64,000 nt of DNA from Thermoplasmata archaeon (lineage in GTDB: Archaea > Thermoplasmatota > Thermoplasmata > Lutacidiplasmatales > UBA184). How positions within the stretch are numbered: position 1 is the first letter of the stretch; each line of letters opens with the position of its first letter. The stretch lies in NCBI GenBank assembly GCA_021821785.1, contig JAKACD010000001.1:39964-103963 (forward strand), given 5' to 3'. Positions 7,994 to 19,622 of this stretch are shown here, piece after piece. The position numbers and the translations under genes are program-made. The notes beneath the pieces were generated by a model. That model saw only the letters and a program-made list of their open reading frames with translations, did no database searches and was not told the origin of the DNA.

Positions 7994-9315
7994 GCGGCGT
8001 CGCGCGGAGGCCAGAGCGCTTCGGCGGCGGCCTCGGCCTCGCGACGGATCTTGTTCCAGTCCCCGCGCACCAGCGATCGGTGGCGGACCACCGGCTCGCC
8101 CGCGATATAGACCGAGTCGATCGCCTCGTCGGAGGCACTGTAGGCGAGATGCGAGACGATCGCCTCGGGCCGGGCCGGGACGAGGGTCGGGTGGTCGAGC
8201 CGCACGAGCGAGAAGTCGGCGCGTTTCCCTACCTCGAGCGAGCCGAGCTCGCCGTCGCGGCCGATCACCCGCGCCGCCTCGATCGTCGCGAGGTCGAGCA
8301 GCTCCTGGGCCCGGAGGAGGCTCGCATCCCACCGCTGGTTCTTGTGGAAGAGGCCCGCGGTGTGCATCTCACGGAGCATGGACAGCGAGTTGTTGGAGGC
8401 GACCGAGTCGGTGCCGAGTCCGACACTCGCCCCCGCCGCCCGCAGCTCCACGATCGGGGCGACGCCGCCGGAGGCGAGCTTGGCGTTGGAGCTCGGGCAG
8501 TGGGCGATCCCGACGTTTCGCTGCGCGAGGAGCGTGATCTCCTGGCCGGTGAGCCACACCGCATGCGCGGCCACCGAGCGACCCCCTTGGAAGAACCCGA
8601 TCTGGTCGAGCCAGAGCGCGGGGCGCGCTCCCGTCTTCGTCTCGTGCTCGTGGACCTCACGGCGGGTCTCGGAGAGGTGGAAGTGGCAGAACGTCCCTTC
8701 GCGGTCCGCGAGCTCGCGCGCGCCGAGCCAAGTCTCGCGGTTGCAGACGTACACGCCCTGGGGAGCGACGACCGGCGTGACCCGCTCGTGCCCTTTCCAC
8801 CGCCCGATGAACTGTCGGGCGTTGTCGAGCGGGGCCCCTTTCTGGGTCGTGAGCTCCGGATCGAGCACCGCCCAGCCAAGGTACCCCCGGATCCCGAGAG
8901 ACTCGACCGCGCGCGCGACCGCGTCCTCGAAGTAGTAGAGGTCCAGGAACGAGGTCGTTCCCGCGAGGAGCATCTCCGCGATGCCGGCCCGCGCCCCGGC
9001 CTCGACATCCCGCTCCGTGCGGCGGGCATCGACGGCGAAGAGGGTCTCGAGGAACCCCGCGAGGTCCCGGTCGTCCGCGACCCCCCGCAGGGGGGCCATG
9101 GCGACATGCGCATGCACGTTGACGAACCCCGGCACCACCGCGAACCCGTGGCCATCGATCACCGCCGCGCCTTCTCGGGGCGCGTTCGGACCGACGTGGG
9201 TGATGCGCCCGTGCTCGATCCGAAGGTCGCCGCGGAGCACCCGCCGCTGGGGGTCCTGGGTCACCAAGAGGCCGTTCGTAACGAGGAGCGGATCCTCGGG
9301 CTCGAGGGCCTGCAT
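7990..9315 (-). CDS. amidohydrolase, MTA/SAH deaminase-like
   Basis: PGFVNVHAH, HLSET, HCPSSNAKLASG, LGTDS, GSLEVGKRAD. Confidence 0.88.
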   Translation of the reverse strand: MQALEPEDPLLVTNGLLVTQDPQRRVLRGDLRIEHGRITHVGPNAPREGAAVIDGHGFAVVPGFVNVHAHVAMAPLRGVADDRDLAGFLETLFAVDARRTERDVEAGARAGIAEMLLAGTTSFLDLYYFEDAVARAVESLGIRGYLGWAVLDPELTTQKGAPLDNARQFIGRWKGHERVTPVVAPQGVYVCNRETWLGARELADREGTFCHFHLSETRREVHEHETKTGARPALWLDQIGFFQGGRSVAAHAVWLTGQEITLLAQRNVGIAHCPSSNAKLASGGVAPIVELRAAGASVGLGTDSVASNNSLSMLREMHTAGLFHKNQRWDASLLRAQELLDLATIEAARVIGRDGELGSLEVGKRADFSLVRLDHPTLVPARPEAIVSHLAYSASDEAIDSVYIAGEPVVRHRSLVRGDWNKIRREAEAAAEALWPPRDAA

Positions 9316-9466
9316 CGGACCGGCTACGGGCCCCGCCGTAAAAGAGGTTCGTGACGCCCGAGGGTTTACTTTCCCCGCTCGCCCGGGAGCCGGCCGCCGC
9401 CGGCTCGCCGACACGGTCTCAGGCTTAGCGCTAAATGGCGCCGGACGGTTCGCGTACCCTCGGGTC

Positions 9467-11874
<2,408 letters not shown>

Positions 11875-12055
11875 TTATAACGCTTGGCTTGGGCAGGAAA
11901 ATCGACCGTCGCCGGACCCCGGATTCGTTCCCCAAAACCGGCCCCCGGAGCGGACCCCGACCGGCGCGCGGACCACGGCCCGACCGACCCGCGGCGAGCC
12001 AACGGCGCGGCCGACAACGCCCTATAGTGGCGGCCTCCTGAGCACGCCGAGACCC

Positions 12056-12628
12056 ATGACCGACCGGGCGGCGGAGCATCCCGAAAAGGAGGTCCCCGGG
12101 CAGCCGGTCTCCCCCCCGTCCCCCGAGCCGGCAGAGCCGGGCGCGGAGGAGTGGGCGACCCGCTACAAGTACCTCCTCGCCGACTTTGAGAACTTCCGCC
12201 GGCGGGTCGAGCGGGAGCGGGAGGGCGTCAGCCGGCAGGTACGGGCGGGCATGCTACGGGAGCTCCTGCCGCTCTTCGAGGCGTTCCGCGCGGCGCGCGA
12301 GGCGCTCGCTCACCTCCCCACGGGAGATCCGGTCCGGAAGGGCCTCGAACTGCTCGATCGGGAGTGGTCGACGTTCTTCAAGCATGAAGGGGTCGCCCCG
12401 GTCACCGAGGCCGGGCGCCTGTTCCACGCGGACGAGGCCGAGGCGGTCGCCGAGGCGCCCGCCGACCCCACGCACCCGGCCGGCACGGTCGTCGAGGTCG
12501 TCCAGCAGGGATACCGCTTCTTTGGGGGGCTCTTGCGACCCGCGAAGGTCGTGGTCGCCCGCGCCCCACCGCCCCCCAACGTGCCCGTCCCGATTCCCGC
12601 CGAGAACCGCGATGTCGAGGAGAGCTGA
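12056..12628 (+). CDS. grpE: nucleotide exchange factor GrpE
   Basis: LLADFENFRRR; VVQQGYRFFGGLLRPAKVVVA. Confidence 0.9.
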   Translation: MTDRAAEHPEKEVPGQPVSPPSPEPAEPGAEEWATRYKYLLADFENFRRRVEREREGVSRQVRAGMLRELLPLFEAFRAAREALAHLPTGDPVRKGLELLDREWSTFFKHEGVAPVTEAGRLFHADEAEAVAEAPADPTHPAGTVVEVVQQGYRFFGGLLRPAKVVVARAPPPPNVPVPIPAENRDVEES

Positions 12629-12634
12629 GCGAAG

Positions 12635-13939
12635 ATGCCGAAGTCGTCCGAGGTGCCGGGATTCTATCGACGCAGCATTGCCGAGCGACGAGAGTTCGTC
12701 CGGGAGTGGGCGGGCCTTTCCGAGGAGGAGGCCCGGGTCTACGACTTCCCTCCCGGGGTCGATCCCGGCGTCCTCGATCGCATGATCGAGAACGTCATCG
12801 GCGTGATGCCGCTCCCGCTCGGAATTGCGACGAACTTCACCATCAACGGGAAGGACTACCTCATTCCGATGGCGATCGAGGAGCCGAGCGTGGTCGCCGC
12901 GGCCTCGAACGCCGCGAAGGTCGCCCGCGCGGCCGGGGGGTTCCACGCCCAATCGACGGCCCCGGTGATGATCGGGCAGGTCCAGATCCTCCATGTCCCC
13001 GACCCCGCGGCGGCGCGACTGCGGATCCTTGACCAGAAGGAGGAGCTACTGGCGGCCGCGAACGCGAAGGACCCCGTGCTCGTGAAGTTCGGTGGCGGCG
13101 CGAAGGACCTCGAGGTCCGTCTCCTTCCGTCCCCGCGGGGCCTCATGCTCGTGGTCCACCTCTTGGTCGATGCCCGCGATGCGGGCGGGATGAACGCCGT
13201 CAACACGATGTGCGAGGCGCTCGCGCCCGAGTTCGCCCGGCTCGCCGGGGGCAAGGCCGTGCTTCGGATCATCTCCAACCTCGCGGTGCACCGGCTCGCT
13301 CGCGCCCGCGCGACGTTCCCCGCGAAGCTCCTCCACACCGACACCGCCTCCGGGGCCGAGGTCGTCGACGCGATCCTTGACGCCTACGCCTTCGCGGTCG
13401 CCGACCCGTTCCGCTGCGCGACGCACAACAAGGGGATCATGAACGGGATCTCGAGCGTCGTGATCGCCACCGGCAACGACTTCCGCGCGATCGAAAGCGG
13501 GGCGCACTCCTACGCGGCCTGGACGGCCCGGGAAGGGACGTCGGTGATCCGGCCGCTCTCGACCTACGAGAAGGACAAGGACGGGAACCTCGTCGGGACC
13601 ATCGAGTTCCCGGCGCCCGTCGGGCTGATCGGGGGCGCCACGGCGGTCCACCCGACCGCCAAAGCGAACGTCAAGGTCCTCGGCGTGAAAGGCGCCCGGG
13701 AACTGGGCGAGGTCCTCGCGGCGGTCGGTCTCGCCCAGAATTTTGCGGCTCTCCGGGCTCTCGCCACCGAAGGGATCCAACGCGGCCATATGGAGCTCCA
13801 CGCCCGGAACCTGGCCGCGAGCGCGGGGGCGAAGCCGGACGAGGTCGACCGGGTCGTCGCCCGGCTCCTCCAAGACCACCAGATCCGCTTCGACAAGGCG
13901 AAAGAGGCTCTCGAGGAGCTGCGGCGCGGCGGAGGATGA
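12635..13939 (+). CDS. mvaA: hydroxymethylglutaryl-CoA reductase, class II
   Basis: MIENVIG, PMAIEEPSVVAA, DAGGMN, THNKGIMNG, GIQRGHMELH. Confidence 0.93.
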   Translation: MPKSSEVPGFYRRSIAERREFVREWAGLSEEEARVYDFPPGVDPGVLDRMIENVIGVMPLPLGIATNFTINGKDYLIPMAIEEPSVVAAASNAAKVARAAGGFHAQSTAPVMIGQVQILHVPDPAAARLRILDQKEELLAAANAKDPVLVKFGGGAKDLEVRLLPSPRGLMLVVHLLVDARDAGGMNAVNTMCEALAPEFARLAGGKAVLRIISNLAVHRLARARATFPAKLLHTDTASGAEVVDAILDAYAFAVADPFRCATHNKGIMNGISSVVIATGNDFRAIESGAHSYAAWTAREGTSVIRPLSTYEKDKDGNLVGTIEFPAPVGLIGGATAVHPTAKANVKVLGVKGARELGEVLAAVGLAQNFAALRALATEGIQRGHMELHARNLAASAGAKPDEVDRVVARLLQDHQIRFDKAKEALEELRRGGG

Positions 13940-14532
13940 AGGTCGGCGTCCTTGCGCTCCAGGGGAACATCCCGGAGCACCTCGGCGCCCTAGGAGCCCT
14001 CCTGCCCCCGGGGGACCTCCTACCGGTGCGCTACCCCTCTGAGCTCGAGCGCGTGGAGGCGATCTTCCTGCCGGGCGGGGAGTCGACGACGATCGCGCGA
14101 CTGCTCCGCGGCGCCGGGCTCTGGAAGCCGCTCGCGCGCCGGCTCCAGGAGGGCCTCCCGACGCTCGCTACGTGCGCGGGCCTGATCTTGCTGGCCCGCA
14201 CGCTCGCGCCGAGCCCCGCCGGCCGGGATCCTCCGACCTTCGGGGTGCTCGACCTGGTCGTCCGTCGGAACGACTACGGGGCCCAACGCGAGTCGTTCGA
14301 GGGGCCGGTACGGATCGAGGGGCTGAAGGGGGGGGCGTTTCCCGGCGTCTTCATCCGGGCCCCGCGCATCCTCGAGGTGGGACCGGGAGCCGAACCGTTC
14401 GCTTGGCGGGACGCCGAGATCGTCGGGGCCCGCCACGGGACCATCTGGGGCACGACCTTCCACCCGGAGCTCTCGGGGGACCTGCGGCTCCACCGAATGT
14501 TCCTCGATCAGGTGCGCCGTCGGGCCCGCTAG
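13936..14532 (+). CDS. pdxT: PLP synthase glutaminase subunit
   Basis: GVLALQG, PGGESTT, TCAGLI, FIRAP, FHPEL. Confidence 0.92.
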   Translation: MKVGVLALQGNIPEHLGALGALLPPGDLLPVRYPSELERVEAIFLPGGESTTIARLLRGAGLWKPLARRLQEGLPTLATCAGLILLARTLAPSPAGRDPPTFGVLDLVVRRNDYGAQRESFEGPVRIEGLKGGAFPGVFIRAPRILEVGPGAEPFAWRDAEIVGARHGTIWGTTFHPELSGDLRLHRMFLDQVRRRAR

Positions 14533-14933
14533 CGGGTCACGATCGCGACGGCGAGGAGAGTCCCTAGGATCACCGCCCCGGCGAGGGCGACCCACCAGCG
14601 GGTCCGACGGGAGACCGTGCGCCAGCCTCCGAAGAAGATCGGTACCGGGCCGATAAGGACCAGTCCTCCGCCCCCGGCCAACGGCGCCGAGGGAGCCGCG
14701 ACGCCCGAGACGGGCTCGGTCGGGGGGAGCCCCGCTTCCGCGAAGAACCACGGGAGGGAGAGGAACCCGCCGAAGAGGAGTACGACCCCGAGGAAGAACT
14801 CCGCCGAGCTTCCGGTGACGACGGGGAGGACGACCACCACGAGGAGGCTCGCGCCGCCCCGCACGACCGCGTCCGCGATCGCCGCCGCGCCGGCGACGAG
14901 GAGACCGATCGGGACGAGCGAGACCCAGCGCAT
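14529..14933 (-). CDS. DUF131-like membrane protein
   Basis: GGLVLIGPVPIFFG motif; hydrophobic. Confidence 0.7.
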   Translation of the reverse strand: MRWVSLVPIGLLVAGAAAIADAVVRGGASLLVVVVLPVVTGSSAEFFLGVVLLFGGFLSLPWFFAEAGLPPTEPVSGVAAPSAPLAGGGGLVLIGPVPIFFGGWRTVSRRTRWWVALAGAVILGTLLAVAIVTR

Positions 14934-14974
14934 ACGAGAACGGAGCGCGCTCCGAGGACTTCGGGCTTGCGGTC

Positions 14975-16015
14975 TCAGTGGTAGGTGTCGAAGCGGTACG
15001 GCTCGAGCGGCCGCTCCCCGAGCGCCATCAGGAACTCGGGCGGGGTGAGGACCGGCTTCGGGAAGTTCGGCCCGTCATCGAGGGCGATGCGGGGACAGGC
15101 GGTGTTGACGTATGCATCGAGGTCCCGTCCCTCGAGGTCGCGGGGGTCGAGGCGGTCGAACAGCAGCATCTCCGCGTCGCGACCGTGCGCTCGGGCCCGC
15201 CCCTGGAGCGCGAGCGCGGTCGGGGTGCGGTTCTGGCCCGCGAACGTCGAGACGAGGATCCCCCAGCGCCGGGCGTCGCGGGCCGCGGCGACCGCGAGGA
15301 GGCGACGACCGATGAGGGCGGCCCGGTCGATCGGCGGCTCGAGGCGGTTCTGGAGGGGGTCGATCGCCCAGACGGGTCGGTCGACCGCGAAGGCAAGGCC
15401 GAGCGGGTGGAAGCGACCGGTGCCGACGAACAGGAACGCCTCCACCTCCGACGCCACGGCCTCGGCGCTCGTGTAGTTGCACCCGAGCGCCTGGGCGGCG
15501 TACGCCAGGCGCCGATCCCCCCGACCGAAGCGCACGTCGAAGCCGCGGGCGGCGAGCGCGGCCGAGAGCGGTCCGGTCAGCCCGAGGTGCTGGACCGAGA
15601 AGACGAGCCCGAGCCGGCGCGGGATCGGCGCGGCCGCGATCGAGGCCGCGATCCGTTCGGGATCGCCTCCCGCTTCCCGCATCTCGACGAAGAAGGTGGT
15701 CCGCACGAGCGGGACGTTGGGGATCGGCGCATGCCCGAGCACAACCGCGACATCCGCGCGGGGCGCCTCGTCCCGCGAGGGAAAGTCGCAGGCCCCAAAG
15801 CAGGGGCGCGTGGCCAGCACGACGGGGGCCGTGACGGCGTCCCGGATCTGCGCGGTGAGCGCATGCGCGTTGCGCACCAGCCCGGCCGGAACCTGGAGGA
15901 CGATCCGCTCGGGCCGAGCGGTCCGGAGGGCGGCGAAGAGCTCGGGCCCGACGGTCGCGAAGACGCGGGCCTCGGGCCCGGCGAGCGGCCGGGAAGGAAG
16001 GGCGGCATCCACCAT
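14975..16015 (-). CDS. dph2: diphthamide biosynthesis enzyme Dph2
   Basis: LQVPAG, PCFGACD, LGCN, GRFHPLG, NTACPRI (three Fe-S cysteines). Confidence 0.92.
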   Translation of the reverse strand: MVDAALPSRPLAGPEARVFATVGPELFAALRTARPERIVLQVPAGLVRNAHALTAQIRDAVTAPVVLATRPCFGACDFPSRDEAPRADVAVVLGHAPIPNVPLVRTTFFVEMREAGGDPERIAASIAAAPIPRRLGLVFSVQHLGLTGPLSAALAARGFDVRFGRGDRRLAYAAQALGCNYTSAEAVASEVEAFLFVGTGRFHPLGLAFAVDRPVWAIDPLQNRLEPPIDRAALIGRRLLAVAAARDARRWGILVSTFAGQNRTPTALALQGRARAHGRDAEMLLFDRLDPRDLEGRDLDAYVNTACPRIALDDGPNFPKPVLTPPEFLMALGERPLEPYRFDTYH

Positions 16016-16042
16016 CGGTCCCTGAACGAGCGGGCGGGGGGG

Positions 16043-16489
16043 CTAAACGTTTGGGGAGGGCCGGACGACGCGATCGAGGAGCCGCTCGACCGCCGCTTGG
16101 TTGTCGGGAAAATGGAGCCGTCGGACCGCGTCCGCCGGGGAAACCCATTCCGCCCGGTCGTGCTCCGCGCTCAACCGGGGTTCGAACGCTCGGTCGACCT
16201 CGACCGCGTAGGCGTGGAGGCGCCAGGTCTCCCCATTGTCGGCCGGGAACGGCACGTGCCAGTCGAGCGGGAGGATGCGTCGGGGGGCGGTGAGGCCCGT
16301 CTCCTCGGTCAGCTCGCGGCGGAGGGCCGATTCGAAGTCGGCGTCGCCCGGGTCGACCTTGCCGCTGATCGGCACCCAGATCCGACCCCGCGCCGGCGGT
16401 CGTCGGAACAGCAATAGCTCGAGGGGCGGAGCCGCGAAGAGGTAGCCCTCGACGCACTCCCGGTCGATCCGCTCGGCCCCGACGGTCAC
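16043..16489 (-). CDS. NUDIX hydrolase
   Basis: Nudix box GKVDPGDADFESALRRELTEETGL; GTG start overlaps NAC stop. Confidence 0.85.
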   Translation of the reverse strand: MTVGAERIDRECVEGYLFAAPPLELLLFRRPPARGRIWVPISGKVDPGDADFESALRRELTEETGLTAPRRILPLDWHVPFPADNGETWRLHAYAVEVDRAFEPRLSAEHDRAEWVSPADAVRRLHFPDNQAAVERLLDRVVRPSPNV

Positions 16490-16887
16490 TACCCGCCCCG
16501 GCTCAGGATCTTGAGGATCGCTTCCGCAGGCTCTCCGCCGCTCAGGAAGAGCGCTTCGATGGCCTCTTCGCGGGAGACGTTCGCCTGCTCCATGACCAGC
16601 TGGATATCCTCCTCGGGCGGACCTGCCGGGGCCGCGGCGGCCGTGGACGGGACGCCCGTCGTCGGGGGCGCCGCCGACCGGGGACGGATCTCGGGGGTCC
16701 CGACGACCTGGTAGGTGCGGACCCCCTGGATCGTGAGGACCGTCACCTCCGGCTCGCGGAAGACGTGCTCCTGGGTCTTCGTCCGGACGATGACCTCCTC
16801 GACGCCCGGGACCTCTTCCGTCCGCATCCCGAGGCGACGCATCATCATCTCCATCTGGCGCTGGTTGCGGGGACCTCCGGGGATCAT
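16489..16887 (-). CDS. nac: nascent polypeptide-associated complex protein (aeNAC)
   Basis: QMEMMMRRLGM NAC domain plus UBA EEDIQLVMEQANVSREEA; GGAGG upstream of ATG 16887. Confidence 0.92.
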   Translation of the reverse strand: MIPGGPRNQRQMEMMMRRLGMRTEEVPGVEEVIVRTKTQEHVFREPEVTVLTIQGVRTYQVVGTPEIRPRSAAPPTTGVPSTAAAAPAGPPEEDIQLVMEQANVSREEAIEALFLSGGEPAEAILKILSRGG

Positions 16888-16917
16888 CGTTCCTCCTTTC
16901 TTGGACACCGAGCGGCG

Positions 16918-18171
16918 CTACGATTCCTCTTCGTCCTTGCCCGTCGCAACGCGGAGCCGGCGCTCGAGATCCGGGTCGCCGCTCGAGGTCTCGTCCGACG
17001 CCCGGAGCGCCTCCGTCCGTGGCCGACGGCGGCTCCGGTTCTCCCGCACGCGACGGGTCTGGCCGGCGAGCTCCTCGAGAAGCCCCGCCACGCCGGCGAG
17101 CAGGTTCCAGCCCGTGTGCGACGCGTAGAAGATCCCCTGGTTCGTGTGGAGCCGCGCCTCGACCGTCAGGTCGCTCGTGCGGTGCATCGAGTGCGGGGCG
17201 AAATGGAGCGCCAGCAGGGTCGGCTGGACGTAACGCGCGACCCGGCGCAGCCCTCGGGCCACGACGTGGTCGATCTCGGCGAGAAGGGCCGGGTCGCCCG
17301 AGCCGCGCAGCCCGGTGATCTCCACGTAGACGTCCTCGACCCGGGCCTTGGAGGGCCGGCGGCGTGCCTGGCCCATGACGAAGTTCAGCAGATCGGCCTG
17401 GGTCAGGATCCCGACAGCGCGGCCGTCCTCCACCACGAACACGCTGGAGACGTTCTCCTCGACCATCCGCGTCGCGGCCGCGACCCAGGCGCTGCCGGTC
17501 GCCACCGTGACCGGGGGCGCGTGCATGATCGAGCCGACCTTGACCTCGAGCGCGGAGCGGGCCGCGCGTGCGTCGCGCTTCCCGCCGACCACCGGCTTCC
17601 AGAGGACCTTGCCGAGGTCGGCGACCCCGACCGCTCCGACCAGGCGGCCCTTGCGGTCGACCACCGGGAGAGGATGCTCCTCCAGGATCCGGAGCCGGCC
17701 GAGAAGGTTGCGGCAGAGCTCGTCCTCTCGCACGGCTTCGGTCGCCGAGGTCGCGAGGGCCTCCACGGTCGGCCCCGTGCGCGGGAGGAGCGAGGTCAGG
17801 CCGGGCAGTGCCCGTACGAGATCGCTGCGGCTGACGATCCCCAATAGCTCCCCTCGCCGGCCGACGACCGGGGCCGCCCGCAGGCCCGTGGCGAGCAGCT
17901 GCTCGGCGATCTCGAGGAACGGCGAGGACGGGGTGATGAGCGGCGGCAGCACCAGGAGGTGCTCGACCTTGGTGGCGAGCGAGCGGCTCGACCGACGGGC
18001 GATCGACTCGATCGTCACCATTCCGACGAGCCGGCCCCGTCGCAGGACGGGGATCTCGTGGAATCCCTTCGTCCGCATCAGGCCGAGGGCCTGCGATATC
18101 GGAGATTCCGGGGAGAGGGTCACCGGCCGCGCGCTCATCAGGTCGGTCGCCGAAGGCCAGGACGGAGACAT
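16918..18171 (-). CDS. four-CBS-domain protein with C-terminal HPF/RaiA-like domain
   Basis: Four CBS repeats (PVL..GRLVGMVT, PVV..GELLGIVS, PVVD..GRLVGAVG, VVEDGRAVGILT) followed by a ~100 aa alpha/beta domain. Confidence 0.82.
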   Translation of the reverse strand: MSPSWPSATDLMSARPVTLSPESPISQALGLMRTKGFHEIPVLRRGRLVGMVTIESIARRSSRSLATKVEHLLVLPPLITPSSPFLEIAEQLLATGLRAAPVVGRRGELLGIVSRSDLVRALPGLTSLLPRTGPTVEALATSATEAVREDELCRNLLGRLRILEEHPLPVVDRKGRLVGAVGVADLGKVLWKPVVGGKRDARAARSALEVKVGSIMHAPPVTVATGSAWVAAATRMVEENVSSVFVVEDGRAVGILTQADLLNFVMGQARRRPSKARVEDVYVEITGLRGSGDPALLAEIDHVVARGLRRVARYVQPTLLALHFAPHSMHRTSDLTVEARLHTNQGIFYASHTGWNLLAGVAGLLEELAGQTRRVRENRSRRRPRTEALRASDETSSGDPDLERRLRVATGKDEEES

Positions 18172-18224
18172 GGCCCGCCACCCGAGCGGGAGGCTTTAGC
18201 GACTACGGTTCGCCCGTCGCGGGT

Positions 18225-18683
18225 CTAGGGCAGTTCCCGGGCCATCTGGTAGCCGTTCTCTCCATCGGAATAGTATGCCCGCAAGAGGTCGATCACCGAG
18301 AACTGATAGCGGGTGTAGAAACGGATCGCCGTGGCGTTCGACACCCGGACCTCGAGCGTGACCCGGCGGAACGCGCGGGCGCGGCACCGGTCGAGGAACG
18401 TCGACATCAGCTGGGCGCCCACGCCGATCGTGCGGTGGGAGCGGTCGACCGCGAACATGAGGATGCGGGCCTCTCGCTCGACCTGGCTCACCCCGAGGAG
18501 GAAGCCGATCGGTGCATCGCTCGGATCGGCCGCGATGAGGAACCCGTTCGGCCATTCCGCGCTCAGGGACGCGTAGAGCGACGGGTCGTAGTGCTCCCGG
18601 AGGGCGTCCGCGACGATCGTCGCCACGAACGGCACGTCCGCGGGCCGGAACCCACGCAGGGTCACGGGCGGACGGATCTCCAC
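18225..18683 (-). CDS. RimI/Ard1-like N-acetyltransferase
   Basis: FAVDRSHRTIGVG, LEVRVSNATAIRFY, YYSDGENG; start uncertain. Confidence 0.88.
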   Translation of the reverse strand: MEIRPPVTLRGFRPADVPFVATIVADALREHYDPSLYASLSAEWPNGFLIAADPSDAPIGFLLGVSQVEREARILMFAVDRSHRTIGVGAQLMSTFLDRCRARAFRRVTLEVRVSNATAIRFYTRYQFSVIDLLRAYYSDGENGYQMARELP

Positions 18684-18714
18684 GAACGGGGAGAGGGACG
18701 GGTTGGGGGCCGTG

Positions 18715-19494
18715 TCAGCGATACATCTCACCCGGCCCTTCGAGCTCCGCCGCCCGCATGTTCGTCATCGACTCCCGCGTCTGCTCGAGCGTCTTCCGGA
18801 CCTCGGCCTCGATCTCGCGCGCCTTCTCGCGCAGCGGCTTCGTGTCCAGGATCAGCAGGGGCACGAGGGGGTTCACGGTCTCGATCACCTTGGCCGCGGC
18901 CCGGGCGTCCGGGTAATCCTTGTGCGCCTGGGCGATGAGGCAGAGGACCGGCGTCGTCCGTCCGATCGCGCCGAGGAGGAGCCCGCCGGCGAGGCCCGTC
19001 ACGACCCCGTTCGCGGCCGCGAACCGGTACTTCTCGAGCAGGGGCGCTGCCGCGCGGTTCGCCATCGCGACCACGCGCGCGTCCGCGTACGTCTCGTTCT
19101 CGATCGGTTGGCCCTCGATGGCGGTGACCAGCTGGATCCCCTTCGCCTCGGCCCAGTCGAGGAGGGCCCGGCCGAGGCCGTTCAGCATCGAGACCGGGGG
19201 CTGGATGTCGGAGATCACGACCACGATCTGATCGCAGGAGCGGTCGACGCCGCAGACGAGCTTGCTCGCGTAGAACCGGACCGGGGCGTTGACGATCCCC
19301 TCCTCCATGATCACGGTCGGCGGGAACTCCTCGCTGATCATGTAGGCGACCAACGTCATGTCGAGCGAGTGCACGAGGTAGGAGGCCGCCACCGACCCGA
19401 CCAGCCCGTGGGTCGGGAACCCGACGACCATCATCGCGCCCCGAAGCGATTCGTCGCGGGTATCGACGATGCGCACTTCGCCCGGTCCCCCCAT
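18715..19494 (-). CDS. PAC2-family proteasome assembly chaperone
   Basis: VGFPTHGLVGSVAA, PVRFY, YPDARAAA, C-terminal MYR (HbYX motif). Confidence 0.85.
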   Translation of the reverse strand: MGGPGEVRIVDTRDESLRGAMMVVGFPTHGLVGSVAASYLVHSLDMTLVAYMISEEFPPTVIMEEGIVNAPVRFYASKLVCGVDRSCDQIVVVISDIQPPVSMLNGLGRALLDWAEAKGIQLVTAIEGQPIENETYADARVVAMANRAAAPLLEKYRFAAANGVVTGLAGGLLLGAIGRTTPVLCLIAQAHKDYPDARAAAKVIETVNPLVPLLILDTKPLREKAREIEAEVRKTLEQTRESMTNMRAAELEGPGEMYR

Positions 19495-19622
19495 GGGCCC
19501 CCGTTATCCGACCGGGGACCCAGCGTCCTCCCGTTGATACCGCTTTGGTCAGTCTCGAAGCCGGCGCGGCGGTACGGTCGCGACCCTTAAGCGCCGCGGC
19601 CCCTGAGGGTACCGGGCGCCGC

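Noticed and set aside
16490-18181. 712 aa ORF suggesting a long NUDIX fusion
   Set aside because: Upstream part is an Arg/Pro/Gly-rich alternative frame over the CBS and NAC genes
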